DNA of 64,000 nt from Octopus vulgaris (taxonomy: Eukaryota). Below the pieces are notes generated by a model. That model saw only the letters and a list, made by a program, of their open reading frames with translations. It had not been told where the DNA came from and did no database searches. The stretch lies in the NCBI GenBank assembly GCA_951406725.2, contig OX597815.1, positions 207,018,001 to 207,082,000 on the forward strand, given 5' to 3'. The position numbers and the translations under genes were made by a program. Of this stretch, positions 26,333 through 40,847 are shown one piece after another. The number at the start of each line of letters is the position of its first letter. Within the stretch, counting starts at the first letter, position 1.

Positions 26333-26415
26333 GATAATACACAGGGGTATGATTCAAGAAATCCCACAAGCCTATGGAATCCCCCAAGAAATATTTGATG
26401 CAATAATGATGCTCG
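26333..26415 (+). mobile_element. Tiny RTE-clade RT fragment
   Basis: IIHRGMIQEIPQAYGIPQEIFDAIMML resembles the segment following the KAFDS motif of RTE RTs. Confidence 0.6.
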
Positions 26416-27575
26416 GCAAAACATTCGAACTGAGGTGCGTACACCTGTCGGAGACGGAACATTTACCAGTGCTTTATAAAGGGACACATTTGCTCCTTTC
26501 TTATTCATACTCTATCTTGATTATGTCTTGTGTACTTCAGTAAAATACAAGGAACATTACCCTACCATCGCATCTTCAGAATATTCCAGATACGCAACAT
26601 TTACAATAATAGCAACAAGTTATGTTAATGAATATAACTTAGCTGTCATGTCGGAAATGATTGCAGGATTCGTTACTCATTTTCAAAGACTCTTCAAAAG
26701 TGCCGCGACTACTATTGTTCTCGTGGTGGGTGGAACAAAAAGAGTTCATCACAACGTAGAAAGCATAAAAAAATACTTTATTGTCTGGAAGCTCGAAAAT
26801 CCTATAAATTCTTTCACGTACTCGGAAGTAACACATTATCTCAGCGGCAGATTTAAAACTGCGTGTCAGTAGTGTTTGAGCAGCACTTAGACGTCTCAGT
26901 ATAATATAGTTTCTCATCTTGATACAAAACTTGTAGTTTCGAGGAGAAGTGTAAATCGATATCATTGACTTGTTTGGTACTTTATCATACCGACCCTAAA
27001 AGAATGAAAAATACATATTTGAACTCGACAGGATTTGAACTCAGAACGTAAAAAAATACCAATGAGCATTTTTCCAACGGTCTGAAGATTCTGTCATCTC
27101 GTAGCCTTAAGGCTCAACATATTATGGAAATATAAACTCTCATAGAATCTGAAAAGCATCCTCCTCCGCACAGGGACTGAAGACGTGTTACTGTTGGCTT
27201 TTCTATTTGAATACTGACTAAAAGAAGTTGCTATCTAGCGCCTACACGAGCATTGTCCGTTTCGGTTTCAATATACTTTGGAACGAACACCTTGTCAAAG
27301 AAAGATTATGCAATAGGCTAGCTAAAGGATCTGGAGAAGCAAGGAGGAGTTGATTAATGACACAAGGCATCACGAAATGGTTCTAATTACATTGGTCAGT
27401 CTGCAGAGACATAGAATCGGGCAAATTGGTCACTCACTTTCTCATTCATTTCATCATTCTATTTCAATAAAAACATCCAGACTTTATATAAGCGGCTCTT
27501 GCGATATTCCCTCATTCGTTGCCCTTGTGGAAGTTGCTAGAAATTAAGAATGCTATTATTAGTAGTAGCAGTAGT

Positions 27576-28093
<518 letters not shown>

Positions 28094-28226
28094 AGTAGCA
28101 GTTTTAGTAGTAATTCTGAATGTTGTTTCAATTTCACACATTAACTATTTTATGGTTAATTACTTTTTCACTGAGACAAGCAGCTGGAATGGTACGAGCA
28201 CCAGCCATCATATATATATATATATA

Positions 28227-28316
<90 letters not shown>

Positions 28317-28840
28317 TATATACACATATATATTTACACATATATGTGTGTGTGTGCGTGCGTGATTTTACCTGTTCGGTTCTATACTACTGTTCCGACG
28401 CCCACATAAACGTGGGTGTCGAATTTAATATCTCTCTTTATAATCCCAAATGATTGTTTCTTCCAGAAACCTAGCGTCACACAACATGTAAGTTTCGTAC
28501 TAACCAATTTACAGCAGATATTCCTGGTATCTTGCCAACAGAGTTTAAATACATGCAAAAAATCCCCCAACGCGCCACATTTCAGCCAAGATGGCTACAT
28601 AACAAGCTTTCCCGCAAAGAAGTAAAAGCACGCCATATCTCCTGCATGCTTCGCCATCAAATATATAGTGCAGGCTCTGAACAAAACGCGTCTAAATTTT
28701 ATAGCCATTCATGATTCGTTTTATTTAAGAATAGGTTTTTTTTAAACCTACTATGCATAGATGAATCGCAAATGTGTCTGAGAATTCTCTGTATATGTAG
28801 ATTTTAAAAAGATGGCTGAGCTTTTTAGTTTATTACCTAT

Positions 28841-29283
28841 CGCAGGAGTGACTGTGTGGTAAGTAGCTTGCTTACCAACCACATAGTTCTGGGTTCAGTC
28901 CCACAGCGTGATAACTTTGGCTAGTGTCTTCTACTATAGCCTCGGGCCGACCAATGCCTTGTGAGTGGATTTGGTAGACAGAAACTGAAAGAAGCCCTCG
29001 TATATATGTATATATATATCTATATGTATATGTGTGTGTGTGTGTGTGCGTGTGTGTGTTTGTGTTTGTGTGTCTGTGTTTGCCCACCACCCACCCAACA
29101 TCGCTTGACAACCGTTGCTGGTGTGTTAACGCCCCCGTAACTTAGCGGTCCGTCAAAAGACACCGATAGAATAAGCACTAAGCTTACAAAGAATAAGTCC
29201 AGGGGTCGATTTGCTCGACTAAAGGCGGTGCTCCAGCATGGCCACAGTTAAATGACTGAAACAAGTAAAAGAGTAAAAGAGTA
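28841..29283 (+). mobile_element. SINE F1
   Basis: Homology to 2768-3138. Confidence 0.9.
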
Positions 29284-29927
29284 TCCTAAATCAGCATGTT
29301 TTTTTCTTTTATTATGTTAAGCACAGTAGTAAGACATTCGTTAATTTGAAACAAGGCTTAGATCACGCATTAGTGAACTAATTGTATACTGGCGCTAGCT
29401 TGAAACTGTTAATTAGTTTCTTTGTCTTAAATGCGTCATGAAAACTAAAATCTCATTATACTGAACTATGTTTACGTAACACACACTCACACACACACAC
29501 AAACACGCGTACACACACACACAAACACGCGTACACACAATATGCCACAAACATATTTTAACCAACCTAAAGTTCGCTTGTCACTGCTAAGCGCTGACAC
29601 AGTTGACTTTTCGTTGTATCCCGAACGAGCGGTCTAATAGTGCAACTCACTCAATGTTGTTGACTGATTTTTAGTGAAAGCTACGGCTCTAAATCTATCC
29701 AGTTACCTGTCATCGGTATTTCCCACTGAGGAATGCTAAAGAGCCAGAAAATTTGCGTGTGGGAATCCGATAGAAGGAAGCATCGGGCAGGTACAGTATT
29801 GTTACAACTTTTACTATAAGAGAAAATGCTTTTTTGGGCGGCAGCTGCAGTGAATTTGCCTTTAGGAGTTGAAATATAATGCAAACACATCTAGTTAACC
29901 TAAAGTTCGCATATATATATATATAAA

Positions 29928-30137
29928 GTTAATCCAAACTTGAAAAGACAACAACGCGAGGACGTGGAACAAGTATAGTGTTATTGGACGCTCAGGAAAG
30001 GAAAGGAGGAAGGAGAATTTAACGTTTCGAGCGGAGCTCTTCGTCAGAAATATAGGAAAAGGAAAGATCCAAGGAAGGGAAGACGGAGGAAAAAATCGCC
30101 AACGATACACACACGGTCACATATTGAATGCCGTGGA

Positions 30138-30140
<3 letters not shown>
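29928..30140 (-). mobile_element. Short Penelope-pLTR-like element carrying a hammerhead
   Basis: Homologous to 22323-22530; flanked by (TA)n on both sides. Confidence 0.75.
30017..30051 (-). ncRNA. Minimal type-I hammerhead ribozyme (C3-G8)
   Basis: AUUU-CUGACGA-A-GAGC-UCC-GCUC-GAAA-CGU-U-AAAU. Confidence 0.8.
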
Positions 30141-30183
<43 letters not shown>

Positions 30184-31314
30184 GAAATATGTTATATATA
30201 TATATATAGGAGCTACTAACAGTTTCATACTTTGAGACACATTGAGGTGACAGATTTAACAACATGACATGTACCTCCAAGCAATCATTCAAACCCAGTT
30301 CATAACGTTGGATGTCTTTAAAAATATGGACGCTAGTCTATGAGAAAACATGAGGTAAAAACGAGACTGAAAAATGCGATGGTTCATGCAGAAATTAGAA
30401 CGAGAAAGAAGAAAAGAAAAGAAACTCAAGATCTTCGTCCCCCTTGACTTATATTATTCTGTTATATAATATAACAGAAATTAACTATAAGTCTGTGAGA
30501 TAGCTACTGAATCCGGAGTGGGTAAGTGTCCTCCAGTTGTACAAAAGAAACTTGCTCATAAGCTTGCGTTTGCTAAAAATTTCGAATCTAGGATTAGATA
30601 GTGTTGTAGAATTATTGGACTTAAAAAAGAATATGAGTCTTTTCACCGATGCGTGTTTCTGGCGTAATTTTCTCCACGATTCTTCACTTGATTCTATGTA
30701 ATATACATCTGGTCTTCAGAACCCATACAAGGATTGCCAACTGAGCAATCCTTATCTTTATCAAAGTGTAGGAAAGGTGACTGGTATTTTGCATAACAGT
30801 TTTTAAAATTGCCTTCGCGTAAACCGATGGGATTTATCTTTTCAATTATGTTGTCTTGGAGCACAGTCGTAATTCTGACTTCAAAAACAACTACTTTTAA
30901 CAAATGCATCTAGTCAAGTAGTAAACTTCCTAGTCTTGACAGTTACAACTAAGAGTCCGATCTGCCGATTTAATGTATCGTAAAGTACAGAACTGTTTGT
31001 AGCACTCATCTTTTCTAAGTTTAGAAAATGTTCTTGCAGTCAAAAGGCTATTATTCAACACTATAAAAAAACAGCATCTGTAGTCAGGGATCTCTTAGCT
31101 TAACGGTACCAGAGCACTCAACCGGAATTTAAGAGGAACAGGGTTGGATTCCCTGTAGAGGCTTGCTTACCACTTCTTTCTGCTTTTGTAGAATATATAT
31201 ATATATTTCAATAATTATAACGCGTACTCGTAACTCTTTACTTGACCTTTCCTCCCTGCCTGTCTGTCTTCCTCTTTACCTGTCTCTCTCCTAATTGTTC
31301 ACCCTTTCTGGTTT

Positions 31315-31452
31315 CTTCTCTCTCTCTCACTCCTCCTCCTCCTCTCTCTCACTCCTCCTCCTCCTCTCTCTCACTCTCCTTCTCTCTCTCACTCCTCCTC
31401 CTCCTCCTCCTCCTCCCTCTCTCTCTCACTCCTCCTCCTCCTCCTCCTCTCT
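31315..31452. repeat. Polypyrimidine (TCC)n/(TC)n tract
   Basis: Direct reading. Confidence 0.9.
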
Positions 31453-32547
31453 CGTCGCTGACCGGAGGGCTACTAACTTTCTTTCTGCCCACTGCTTTCA
31501 ACAAGTCAACATCGGCTTTTTTCTGTCTTCCGCAAGCCGATCTTCAGAATGCGTTCTAACGAATTTTTCCACCGTCTAGGCTTAAAAAAAAGCCCTTATT
31601 GTTGGTTTCCTTGTCCTGTCTTTCACTGTTTTTATCTTTATTTATACTGTTTTTTCTTCATTTGTATTGCTTTTACGTCCTGTTCTTGTCACTTCTTTTA
31701 CACCTCCGCAAAATTTTTTTATTTAATTCATTTTGCAGGAAGGATTGCTTCGGCGTGGTCGTGTTATGCCCTTACCTTCGAAACACGCATTGAATCGAAA
31801 CAGGGGCAGCTGAAGAAGGGGAATGTTCGTTGTATTGTTTGTCTTGTACTTTGTTTTTTCGTTGTTAAAAAAGTCCGTTTCCTTGTTTGGTTTTATGTTT
31901 TCGTTTCTCGTTGTGTTCTACGTTTATTTGAGGTGTCCTGTACTCATATATGCATGTATATATACATATAGATGTAGGTATGTACATATATTTTTGTATG
32001 TATGCATATGTTTTATTTATTAAATTGTTATATATATATAGGTACACGCACACACATACATACACGCACATACACAAACACATAATATGGTCTTGCTGCA
32101 GAATAAATTTTGGAAGCAAACTAAGACCAAATGCGCTTACCTACTGCCAGCTAAGCAACATTTTGTATACAACTACATTTTTCTTTCAGTAGAACTCCAA
32201 ATTAAAGTGGAAATTAATGGAAAATAACAATTTATAATTTTCCGCCTTTTACATATGGTATACGCCCAATATTCATTCCACATGTGAAATATTTTAAACA
32301 TTTAATCATATCATATTAACACTTTTCTTAGTTTTCATAGTTGTAAACGATATATTAATTATAAGGTTCTTTTCTGATATCTAACAGACACAAGATTATT
32401 CATCTATCTAAACATTATTTCGTGCAATGTATAGCTTAAGTAACACAGCGTACTGTTTAAATAAGCCACTGGAAAATATTTATATGAATTTTTTGCCAAG
32501 TCATCTTTGGTTAACCGAATGACGAATTCAGTAATCGAATTTCTCCA

Positions 32548-32937
32548 GTGGAGGCGCAATGGCCCAGTGATTAGGGCAGCGGACTCGCGGTCATAGGATC
32601 GCGGTTTCGATTCCCAGACCGGGCGTTATGAGTGTTTATTGAGCGAAAACACCTAATGCTCCACGAGGCTCCGGCAGGGGATGGTGGTGATCCCTGCTGT
32701 ACCCTTTCACCACAACTTTCTCTCACTCTTACTTCCTCTTTTCTATTGTACCTGTATTTCAAAGGGCCGGCCTTGTCACTCTCTGTGTCACGCTGAATAT
32801 CCCCGAGAACTACGTGAAGGGTACACGTGTCTGTGGAGTGCTCAGCCACTTGCACGTTAATTTCACGAGCAGGCTGTTCCGTTGATTCGGATCAACCGGA
32901 ACCCTCGTCGTCGTATCCGACGGAGTGCTTCCATCCC
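32548..32937 (+). mobile_element. tRNA(Arg)-like SINE, head H3 with tail A
   Basis: TSD AATCGAATTTCTCCA at 32533-32547 and 32938-32952; A/B boxes; TCG anticodon-like loop. Confidence 0.92.
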
Positions 32938-33177
32938 AATCGAATTTCTCCACAATCTGTATTATATCCCCATCGTTAAACATCCGTACACTGTTTCTAT
33001 GTATGTAAAAGCGTCACATTACACCACACCGGGCATTCTTGATCATTATCGTTCTAATTTCTATGTCATGCAATTTCTTCTAATGTTTTCATGCAATCTA
33101 CCCGATAGATTTTTTCCGTTAACTACTCATTTCGCTTCGGTCACGATAACCTCAGTTATGAGCAAGAATAAAAGTAG

Positions 33178-33225
<48 letters not shown>

Positions 33226-33350
33226 GTGTGTGTATATACGTGTGTGTATATATATGTATGCATATATATATCTGTCGCCATGATAGATCGTTAACCACTA
33301 CACACATCTTTCTTTCTCTCCTCGATTCTCTCCTTGTTTTTTCTGTGTCC

Positions 33351-33386
33351 CTTTCTGTAGAAGAGCGTAGGCTCGAAAAGTAAAAG
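33351..33386 (+). ncRNA. Hammerhead-like motif with core variant CUGUAGA, on an island of about 210 bp (33271-33479) inside (TA)n
   Basis: CUUU-CUGUAGA-A-GAGC-GUAG-GCUC-GAAA-AGU-A-AAAG; A6U and a broken helix III suggest a variant or decayed copy; a 3' fragment of the same family lies at about 41640-41727 (-). Confidence 0.65.
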
Positions 33387-33477
33387 ACTTTTTTCTATTC
33401 CTGAGCGTTAAACTAATACATCTGTTTGTTTTGTACACCACCTGTCTTCGTCCTTTGTTTTTTTCATAAACTCTCCC

Positions 33478-33510
<33 letters not shown>

Positions 33511-33555
33511 ATGTGTGCATATGTATGTATGTATTTGTATGTATATATACATACA

Positions 33556-33594
<39 letters not shown>

Positions 33595-33946
33595 ATGCAT
33601 CAATGTTAAATAAGATAAAAGCCATATTCTTACAACGGAAAATTAAGTTCCAGTTACTCTTATCCATATTTCTATCGCTTAACGAAAATAAAACCAGACC
33701 AAAGTAATCGCATAATCTCTCACTTGGAAAAGGGAAAGTACATTAAATGATTTGTAATTAAATTTTACGGCACCATGATATCGAGAACTGGGTACAAGTA
33801 TCTGCCAAATTCTATTGAGAAGAAGAACTAATAAATCGATTTTGGAAATATCAGGATGGCTTGTTTAGTTTCTGTCCTTGTGTTACCAATAGTTAATTAC
33901 ATTCTTACAACTGATTTTGGAAAGTTAAAAATGCTTCTTTTTTTAT

Positions 33947-34153
33947 TTTTACTTGTTTCAGTCATTTGACTGCGGCCATGCTGGAGCACCGCCTTTAGTC
34001 GAGCAGATCGACCCCGGGACTTATTCTTTGTAAGCCCAGTACTTATTCTATCGGTCGCTTTTTACCGAACCGCTAAAGGACGGGGACATAAATACACCAG
34101 CATCGGTTGTCAAGCAATGCTTTGGGGACAAACACACACACATACACACACAC

Positions 34154-34204
<51 letters not shown>

Positions 34205-34375
34205 CATATATACGACGGGCTTCTTTCAGTTTCCGTCTACCAAATCCACTCACAAGGCATTGGTCGGTCCGGGGCTATAACAGAAGACACTTGCCCAAGA
34301 TGCCACGCAGTGGAACTGAACCCGGAACCATGTGGTTGGTAAGCAAGCTACTTACCACACAGCCACTCCTGCGCC
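33947..34375 (-). mobile_element. SINE F1
   Basis: Homology to 2768-3138. Confidence 0.9.
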
Positions 34376-35646
34376 TATGTTTATGTATTTCAAACTAAAA
34401 TTTCGTGTCGGAAAAATAAGAAGAAACGTGTAACTGTTACATTCGAACGAAATGCGAAAAATCTGAAAAGTTCTGTCATTTCTGCGCTTTCAGTAGGTTT
34501 TATATTCTTGTTACTTTGTAAGACATCATCTGAAAAATATCAAAGAAAACACGATCTTTCACGAAAAACACATTCCAAAGATGATTGGGGAAGGTAAAAT
34601 AATCTTCTTGATAGCTATCATAACCTCGCTCATTTCATTCATATTCATATAGTTTATACATTAAACTTTGCAAATATTCCATGCATATTCTATTATTTAC
34701 ATATTATTCTGTGTAGTAAACGTATTGAAGTTATTAGGAAAACCCCAGATTCTGTGTCGGTACATCCTGCTTGAAATTCAAGAAACAGCGTTTAAGAAAG
34801 GAATATTGCATTTCAGTTATAATGGATAGATATGGAATATTAATTTAAGATGATTGCAGGCACTGTCGACCCAGTCCAACAAATAATTAGTTTAGCTTAT
34901 TGTTGAACAAACACGGATACGACTTATCACATCTTACCCAAATAAATTATAGCACAAATAAAACCATATTTAAACGTTTGGCTAAGTGTGTAGGCGTTAG
35001 GTCGTTTTTATATACATTCAGAAATGTGAAAATATATGTGTAATAAATACATTATATACGTCAAATAGTAATTAATTTAATTTTGAGTGCTCATAATATA
35101 AAGGGGAGTTTTGCGGTTTGGGGGTTCACTTAGTTTTGAACTTGAGTATCACTTTTCTGTTTGTAGATAACTAATGGAGAAGTAAAGAAAGATTCATACA
35201 AAACATATTCATCTTGAATTACTTCTATTTCTTATATTTTTTATCACTGTATGCTCTAAAGGAATTCAGAAATGCTTTTTAATCTTCTTTCTTAACAGTG
35301 GATGGAAAAAAGCCATAAGTACAGAGATGCATATACAGATTCATATGAACTAATGTATTTGATATAATAATTATTATCATAAAAATAGTCACCAGAACTC
35401 AGAAATATTTCCATTTCATAGAGAAAGCAACTTGTAAAAATACGAAAGCCGTCTTGCTTCCTAAGTGGTTGGATAAAAAAGATCAACTAGACAATAGACA
35501 AGCGTATATAAAATGGCTAATGTGATTTTAATGATAGTTGACGAGAAACGTTCACGACCTCAATTGAATATTTCTCTTTCATGCTTAAAGTTCTAAAGAA
35601 AATTAGCGATTATGGTAGACCACAGTTAATCAATCTCTACAGAGAA

Positions 35647-36290
35647 CAGGCATGGCTGTGTGGTTAAGAGGTCTGTTTCGCAACCATATGCCCCGGCGTT
35701 CAGTTCCTCTGCGTGGTAAGCAACACCGATTATAGACGGTGTTAGCCATGGTATTTTCTACACACAGACACACACAGACACAGACACACACACACACACA
35801 CACACAGACACACACACACACACACACAGACACAGACACACACATAGATACAGACACAGACACATACACACACAGAAATGTAACATTGAACAGTCTAATT
35901 AATACATATATCAATGAAACCTGCTTTCAGCATTTATTTGGGTTTGTAACATTTGCTGATATCACATTACCTGGTGCCTGACATGACCATCACTGGGTAA
36001 GTGTCTTCTATTGTGCCAGGGTGTTCAATGCTTTGCCACTAGACTCTGATAGATTAAAACATTCCAGGAGATCTTCGTGTTTGTTTGTATCCTTGTATGT
36101 ATGCGTGTTCATGTGTTTATAAGTTTGACACATAGCTACCGGGTAAAACAAAACTGTTGATGAACCAAACGATGAAATTAGTACCAGAAAAAATAAGTAA
36201 TAAAGTTGTGATCGATAAGAGAAAAAAATAATAACTCGAATGATATATTCCAGCAAGTCTACAGCTGAATGACTGAAATTCGTAAAAATA
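35647..36290 (+). mobile_element. Old F1-like SINE remnant with an internal (CA)n/(GACACA)n tract
   Basis: CATGGCTGTGTGGTTAAGAG..GTTCAGTTCCTCTGCGTGG head; degenerate tail near 36250. Confidence 0.55.
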
Positions 36291-37005
36291 TGAAAGGAAA
36301 ATGTCTAAACAAACAACATTGAGATTTAACTCACCACAGCCCTACGGCGAGCATTGGCAAATGTATTCAATATAGCCCAGATAGGAGACATTAGTAATAT
36401 CCTCCGCCAAAAGAAGAACCTCCCATGTTTCTTTACATTAACGCAGTAATATATTACATAAAATTACATGCCAGCTGAACAATTTCATCGTTTTTTCATA
36501 TGATCGTATTATACTATTTTGTACATTCAAAAATTTATTCGGCTTTCATCTTGCATACTTTCATCAACCAACAGGATGTGAATGTCTGGATATAAAATAA
36601 CCGATTAATTCTTTACGTCTTGAGCTGAATTTGAAGGTAAATAATTTAAAATCGCTATTTCTCGGAACAGAGTACCTGTACAAATTGCATAATTGAAAAG
36701 AAAACTTGTTCTCTAAATGAAAATGTCTGTTAATGTCTCGTTGCTTTTCATCTTACTGAAGGATTACAGACAAGAGAAAGAATTTAAAATTATGCATTGG
36801 TATTTTGTTTGTTAATACCTTTCAATCTTAACCCTGAAGACAAAACTATGATTGCATCGATTTAAAGTCGGAATCTTAATGTGACAATTTTGTTCACAAC
36901 AATCTTCTCAAGACTCTACCTGGTGGTCATAGCCATATCTTCTTAACGTAAGAATGACATGTACTAATAAGGTTCAAATAATTTGAGAGTTGCAATATAT
37001 GAACA

Positions 37006-37322
37006 GGAGGCGCAATGGTCCAGTGGTTAGGGCAGCGGGCTCGCGGTCGGAGGATCGCGGTTTCGATTCCCAGACCGGGCGCTTTGCGTGTTTATTAAGC
37101 GAAAACACCTACAGCTCCACGAAGCTCCGATAGTGGGTGGTGGTGACCCCTGTTGTACTATTTGGCCCCAACTTTCTCTCACTCTTTCTTCCTGTTTCTT
37201 GAGTAACACTGCGATGGACTGGCATCCTGTCCAGCTGGGGGGAACACATACGCCACAGAAACCGGGAAACCGGGCCCATGAGCCTGACTTGGCTTGAAAA
37301 TGGTGCATAAATAAATAAATAC
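37006..37322 (+). mobile_element. SINE head H3 with tail B
   Basis: TSD TATATGAACA; tail CTGCGATGGACTGGCATCCTGTCCAG..(TAAA)n. Confidence 0.9.
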
Positions 37323-38025
37323 TATATGAACAAAAATATAAATGCATGTTTTTCCATTAATTCACATTTTGTTACATTTTAGGGAATATACGTGTACGGA
37401 CAATATTTATTCATCTGTGTACTGTTAAAAGAAAGTCGTTTCATTTGTATCAGTTTTAGTATTCACAAAGTACTCATATATAGCAACTGTTTTCGACATC
37501 TACACTGATAATTGTTAAATTATAATGAATGTACTTCATACAGAGTGAGGCACTATGTGAACATCAAAAATATATGCAAGTTTGCATTTTGCTAACATAC
37601 AAGTTAAATGCTAAAATGTCAAAGCATAAAGGGGAGAAACATTTGTCCGATCATATATCGGGTCTAAATACCGATTAAAAAATATCTGTAAAAAAGTAAA
37701 GTGAGAACATTAAAGCTTCTATTATGAGATGTTACTATAAGCAATTACATTCTTATCATAATAGTTTTATGGAAAACAATGCTACAATTATCAGGCTATC
37801 AGAGCCGCAAATCACTTTTAGCAGAATTCTTATAAATCTCCATCTTGGTTGTGAGGCATTAAAGATCCGATCGATATCTTGTTTAAGGCTATGTGATCAG
37901 TCAGATCTATTTATTAAAGACCACACCATACTTCGATTTTACAAATTTGATTACAGTATATTGTGAATCGCGTTTATATGTTGTGCTGCAGATGGAGAAC
38001 ATCACTAGTTCTCTTCAATTTATCT

Positions 38026-38430
38026 TTTACTTGTTTCAATCATTGGACTGCGGCCCTGCTAGGACACTGCCTTCTACGGTTTAGTAGAACAAATAGACGC
38101 AAGCACATCTTTTTGTAGAAATTTGGCACTTAATCTATCATTCTTTTTTGCCGAACCGCAAAGTTGTGGAGACGTAAACAAACCAATACCGGTTGTCGAG
38201 TGATGACGAGGCAAAAACAAATACAAAGACATCCCTATATGTATGTATATGCATACACACACACGCACCCTACATAAAACACACAGACAGACACACAAAT
38301 TTCACAGAGGTTTTCTCTGCCAAATTCACTCACAAAGCATGGTCGGTTTGAAGCAATAGTAGAAAACACAACGTGCCGTGCAATAAGATTGAACCCGGAA
38401 CCACGTAGTTGCAAAGCAAGCTTCTTTCCA
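38026..38430 (-). mobile_element. Diverged SINE F1
   Basis: Homology to the F1 tail and head. Confidence 0.7.
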
Positions 38431-38459
38431 GAACTCAGTCGTAGAACTAGATTTGTGGA

Positions 38460-38900
38460 TCGACTTTTACCTAGACCATTTAATAATTCCAATAGCTCCA
38501 TTTCTGCAGTGGATGATTCTGCAATCAGAGATTTGAGATTTGGAGAACTGCTGTTGACCCTGCGAACGAAGAATGGATTTACATGACAGGCGAAAAAAGA
38601 GATTAGCTTCTGCAGGTCATCCGATCTAGCGAGAAAATTATCAAGCAATCGTGTTAATTTATCTGATAAAGCTTGAATGTTTTCATTATTTTCCATTTAT
38701 ATTAACTGCAATTTTTTTTAATGCTGCATATTAATTGTCAAAGAATCACATCTGGACTGTGAATAGTGTTTGACCACCTCTGGCACATAAAGAGTTCAAA
38801 TTTACCTCTACTTTAAATGAAAATAAAGACTCGGTCATTGAAAATGCAATTTGGTAACACAAATATAGTAGTCTGATTCTTCGTGGAAGAAGAATCAATT
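38460..38900 (-). mobile_element. Decayed hAT transposase fragment (Charlie/SPIN/GTF2IRD2-like)
   Basis: KLTRLLDNFLARSDDLQKLISFFACHVNPFFV..AEMELLELLN resembles the F..RF.D...NPF...E.ELI.L segment preceding the hAT dimerisation domain. Confidence 0.55.
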
Positions 38901-39319
38901 AATGATAGGAACTGTCTTTAAAGGTGCATTCATTTGAAATAAATTAGACTGGACTTAAATTATTTTTACATGTATGATATACAGAGATACCTAACGGCAT
39001 CATAAACAATTCGAAAATTTGTACATCATCTCAAAATTTTAAATGGTAATGCTATATGCGTCATTTATAATATCCTGTTTATGTAACTAATATGTAAGGT
39101 TTTTTTAAAAACTTGTACCCAATATTTCTTATATAGAAAACATGTCAAAAGTGCTGTAATCCGGATAGGAAAGAAGATTTCATAGAATTCTTAAGCTAAA
39201 ATACTCTTTTAATTACTTAATTACTTAAAAAAATAAGTATTGAACAAATTGAAATTCCATACACAGTTTCCTGATGTTTAACAAACTTTCGAATACTTTG
39301 AAGTATTTGCTATATATAC

Positions 39320-39372
39320 GTACATACATACAAACATACATATATGCATGCATACATACATACATACATACA

Positions 39373-39438
<66 letters not shown>

Positions 39439-39526
39439 CATACATACATACATACATACATACGTACATACATACATACATACATACATACATACATACA
39501 TACATACATACATACATACATACATA
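39320..39526. repeat. (CATA)n microsatellite
   Basis: Direct reading. Confidence 0.97.
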
Positions 39527-40607
39527 CAGGGTGTCTCAAAAAGATGTATACAAACAATGAATGATCATGCAGTCAGCGTTTATTAAAATACATTTCATTT
39601 TCAAAAATTAATAGAATTTACATAAAGAATTAAATTATTATTTAATGAAGGCCTGCTTTCAAACAGATGGTCCTTCTGGTCCAGGCGCTGCTGATAACCC
39701 GAATCGGTGGAATCGCAGACATCAAGAAAACATTTGGTTCGGTATTTACGTGCATCCCCGTTTAGCGGCTGTACTCAATTCGTCGACTGTAGCCGGTTTT
39801 GTACCGTAAAATGCTTCTTTAAATTATACACGATAAAATAAAATCTATTGGCGTGAGGTTTGGTGAATGCTGATGGTATTCTAGTGAATCTCTTCATCCA
39901 TTCTACCATTTCGGTAAAAGTATGGTAGTGTTGGGATGTTACATTTAGCTGGAAATTAAACTCCACATCTTCAAAGTGTCCTTGAATGCTTGACAGGGCA
40001 AATTGTCGCAGCAAGTTCAAGTGAATGGGATGAGTCACAGTTCTATCAAAACAGGACGGTCCAATTAATCGCTTTAATTAATTAACCGTGATACAGTAAC
40101 ATGACGTTCCTCGCTAACATGCAAATTCTCATGTCGCAGTAGGTGCGGTTAATTAAGCCATTTTTTTTTTACATGTCTTTTGGAAAGTGACCATTTTGTA
40201 CACATCTTGTCAAATACCACTCGCAAACTCCACACTTTTTCTCCGAGTGTGAATGCACAGAGGGCATAGACTATTCCTTGAATGCAAATTTTTCCCATGA
40301 TAACACATCGAAATGCAATGGACAATTAATTTTGAAATTACCATCTTACGATTCGCTTCCCGCTCAGATTTTCATCGCCTCGGGCAATACGTTTCTAGTA
40401 CCTTTTCTCACTTTCTGGGTTCGTCCATGTCCACAGTCTTCTGGAACATTTCTTGTAGATATTCTGAACAGTTCCATTTGCTTCAAACATATCTCTAATT
40501 CGAGTGATGTTAAGTCACTCTCGTCTACACATTTTTATCGCTTCGACTGCATTTTAAAATTCCTGAAGTACTTTAGGAATAAAAAATCTCCTTGCTCTAA
40601 ATTTTGA
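39527..40607 (-). mobile_element. Decayed Tc1/mariner-superfamily transposon
   Basis: TA|CAGGGTGTCTCAAAAAG TIR at 39527; minus-strand ITRIRDMFEANGTVQNI, LIGPSCFDRTVT..FNFQLNVTSQHY (cf. FQQDGAPPHY), PNLTPIDF; many stops. Confidence 0.8.
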
Positions 40608-40609
40608 CT

Positions 40610-40847
40610 GGTGGCGCACGGCTTAGTAGTTAGGTTGTTCAAATCATAATCGTATGATTGTTTTTCGATTGCTGGATTGGCCAAAGCAAAACACTTCATT
40701 TCACTTTGCCTAGGTCCACTCAGGTGCTAAAAATTGAGTGATGCTGTGACGGACAGGCGTCCCTTTCGCGGGGCTGGGAGATATTCCTACGCCACAGAAA
40801 CTTTGAAACCGGTAATATGAGCCTCTAAGGCACGGGAAGGAACTTGA
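40610..40847 (+). mobile_element. Diverged SINE, head H4 with tail B
   Basis: GGCGCACGGCTTAGTAGTTAGG head; GCAAAACACTTCATTTCAC; CTGTGACGGACAGGCGTCCC..CGCCACAGAAAC tail. Confidence 0.7.

Noticed and set aside
30660-31170. Coding-like minus-strand sequence
   Set aside because: Multiple stops and no motif I can assign; possibly an old transposon, left unannotated.
32548-32625. tRNA-Arg gene (also 11162, 37006 and others)
   Set aside because: The tRNA-like head lacks a proper acceptor stem and continues into a SINE body with TSDs.
38235-38696. 153-aa ORF with protein-like composition and a possible AG|GTAAAA donor, as a host exon
   Set aside because: The N-terminal part resembles a hAT transposase segment and the C-terminal part runs into a SINE; no partner exons found.
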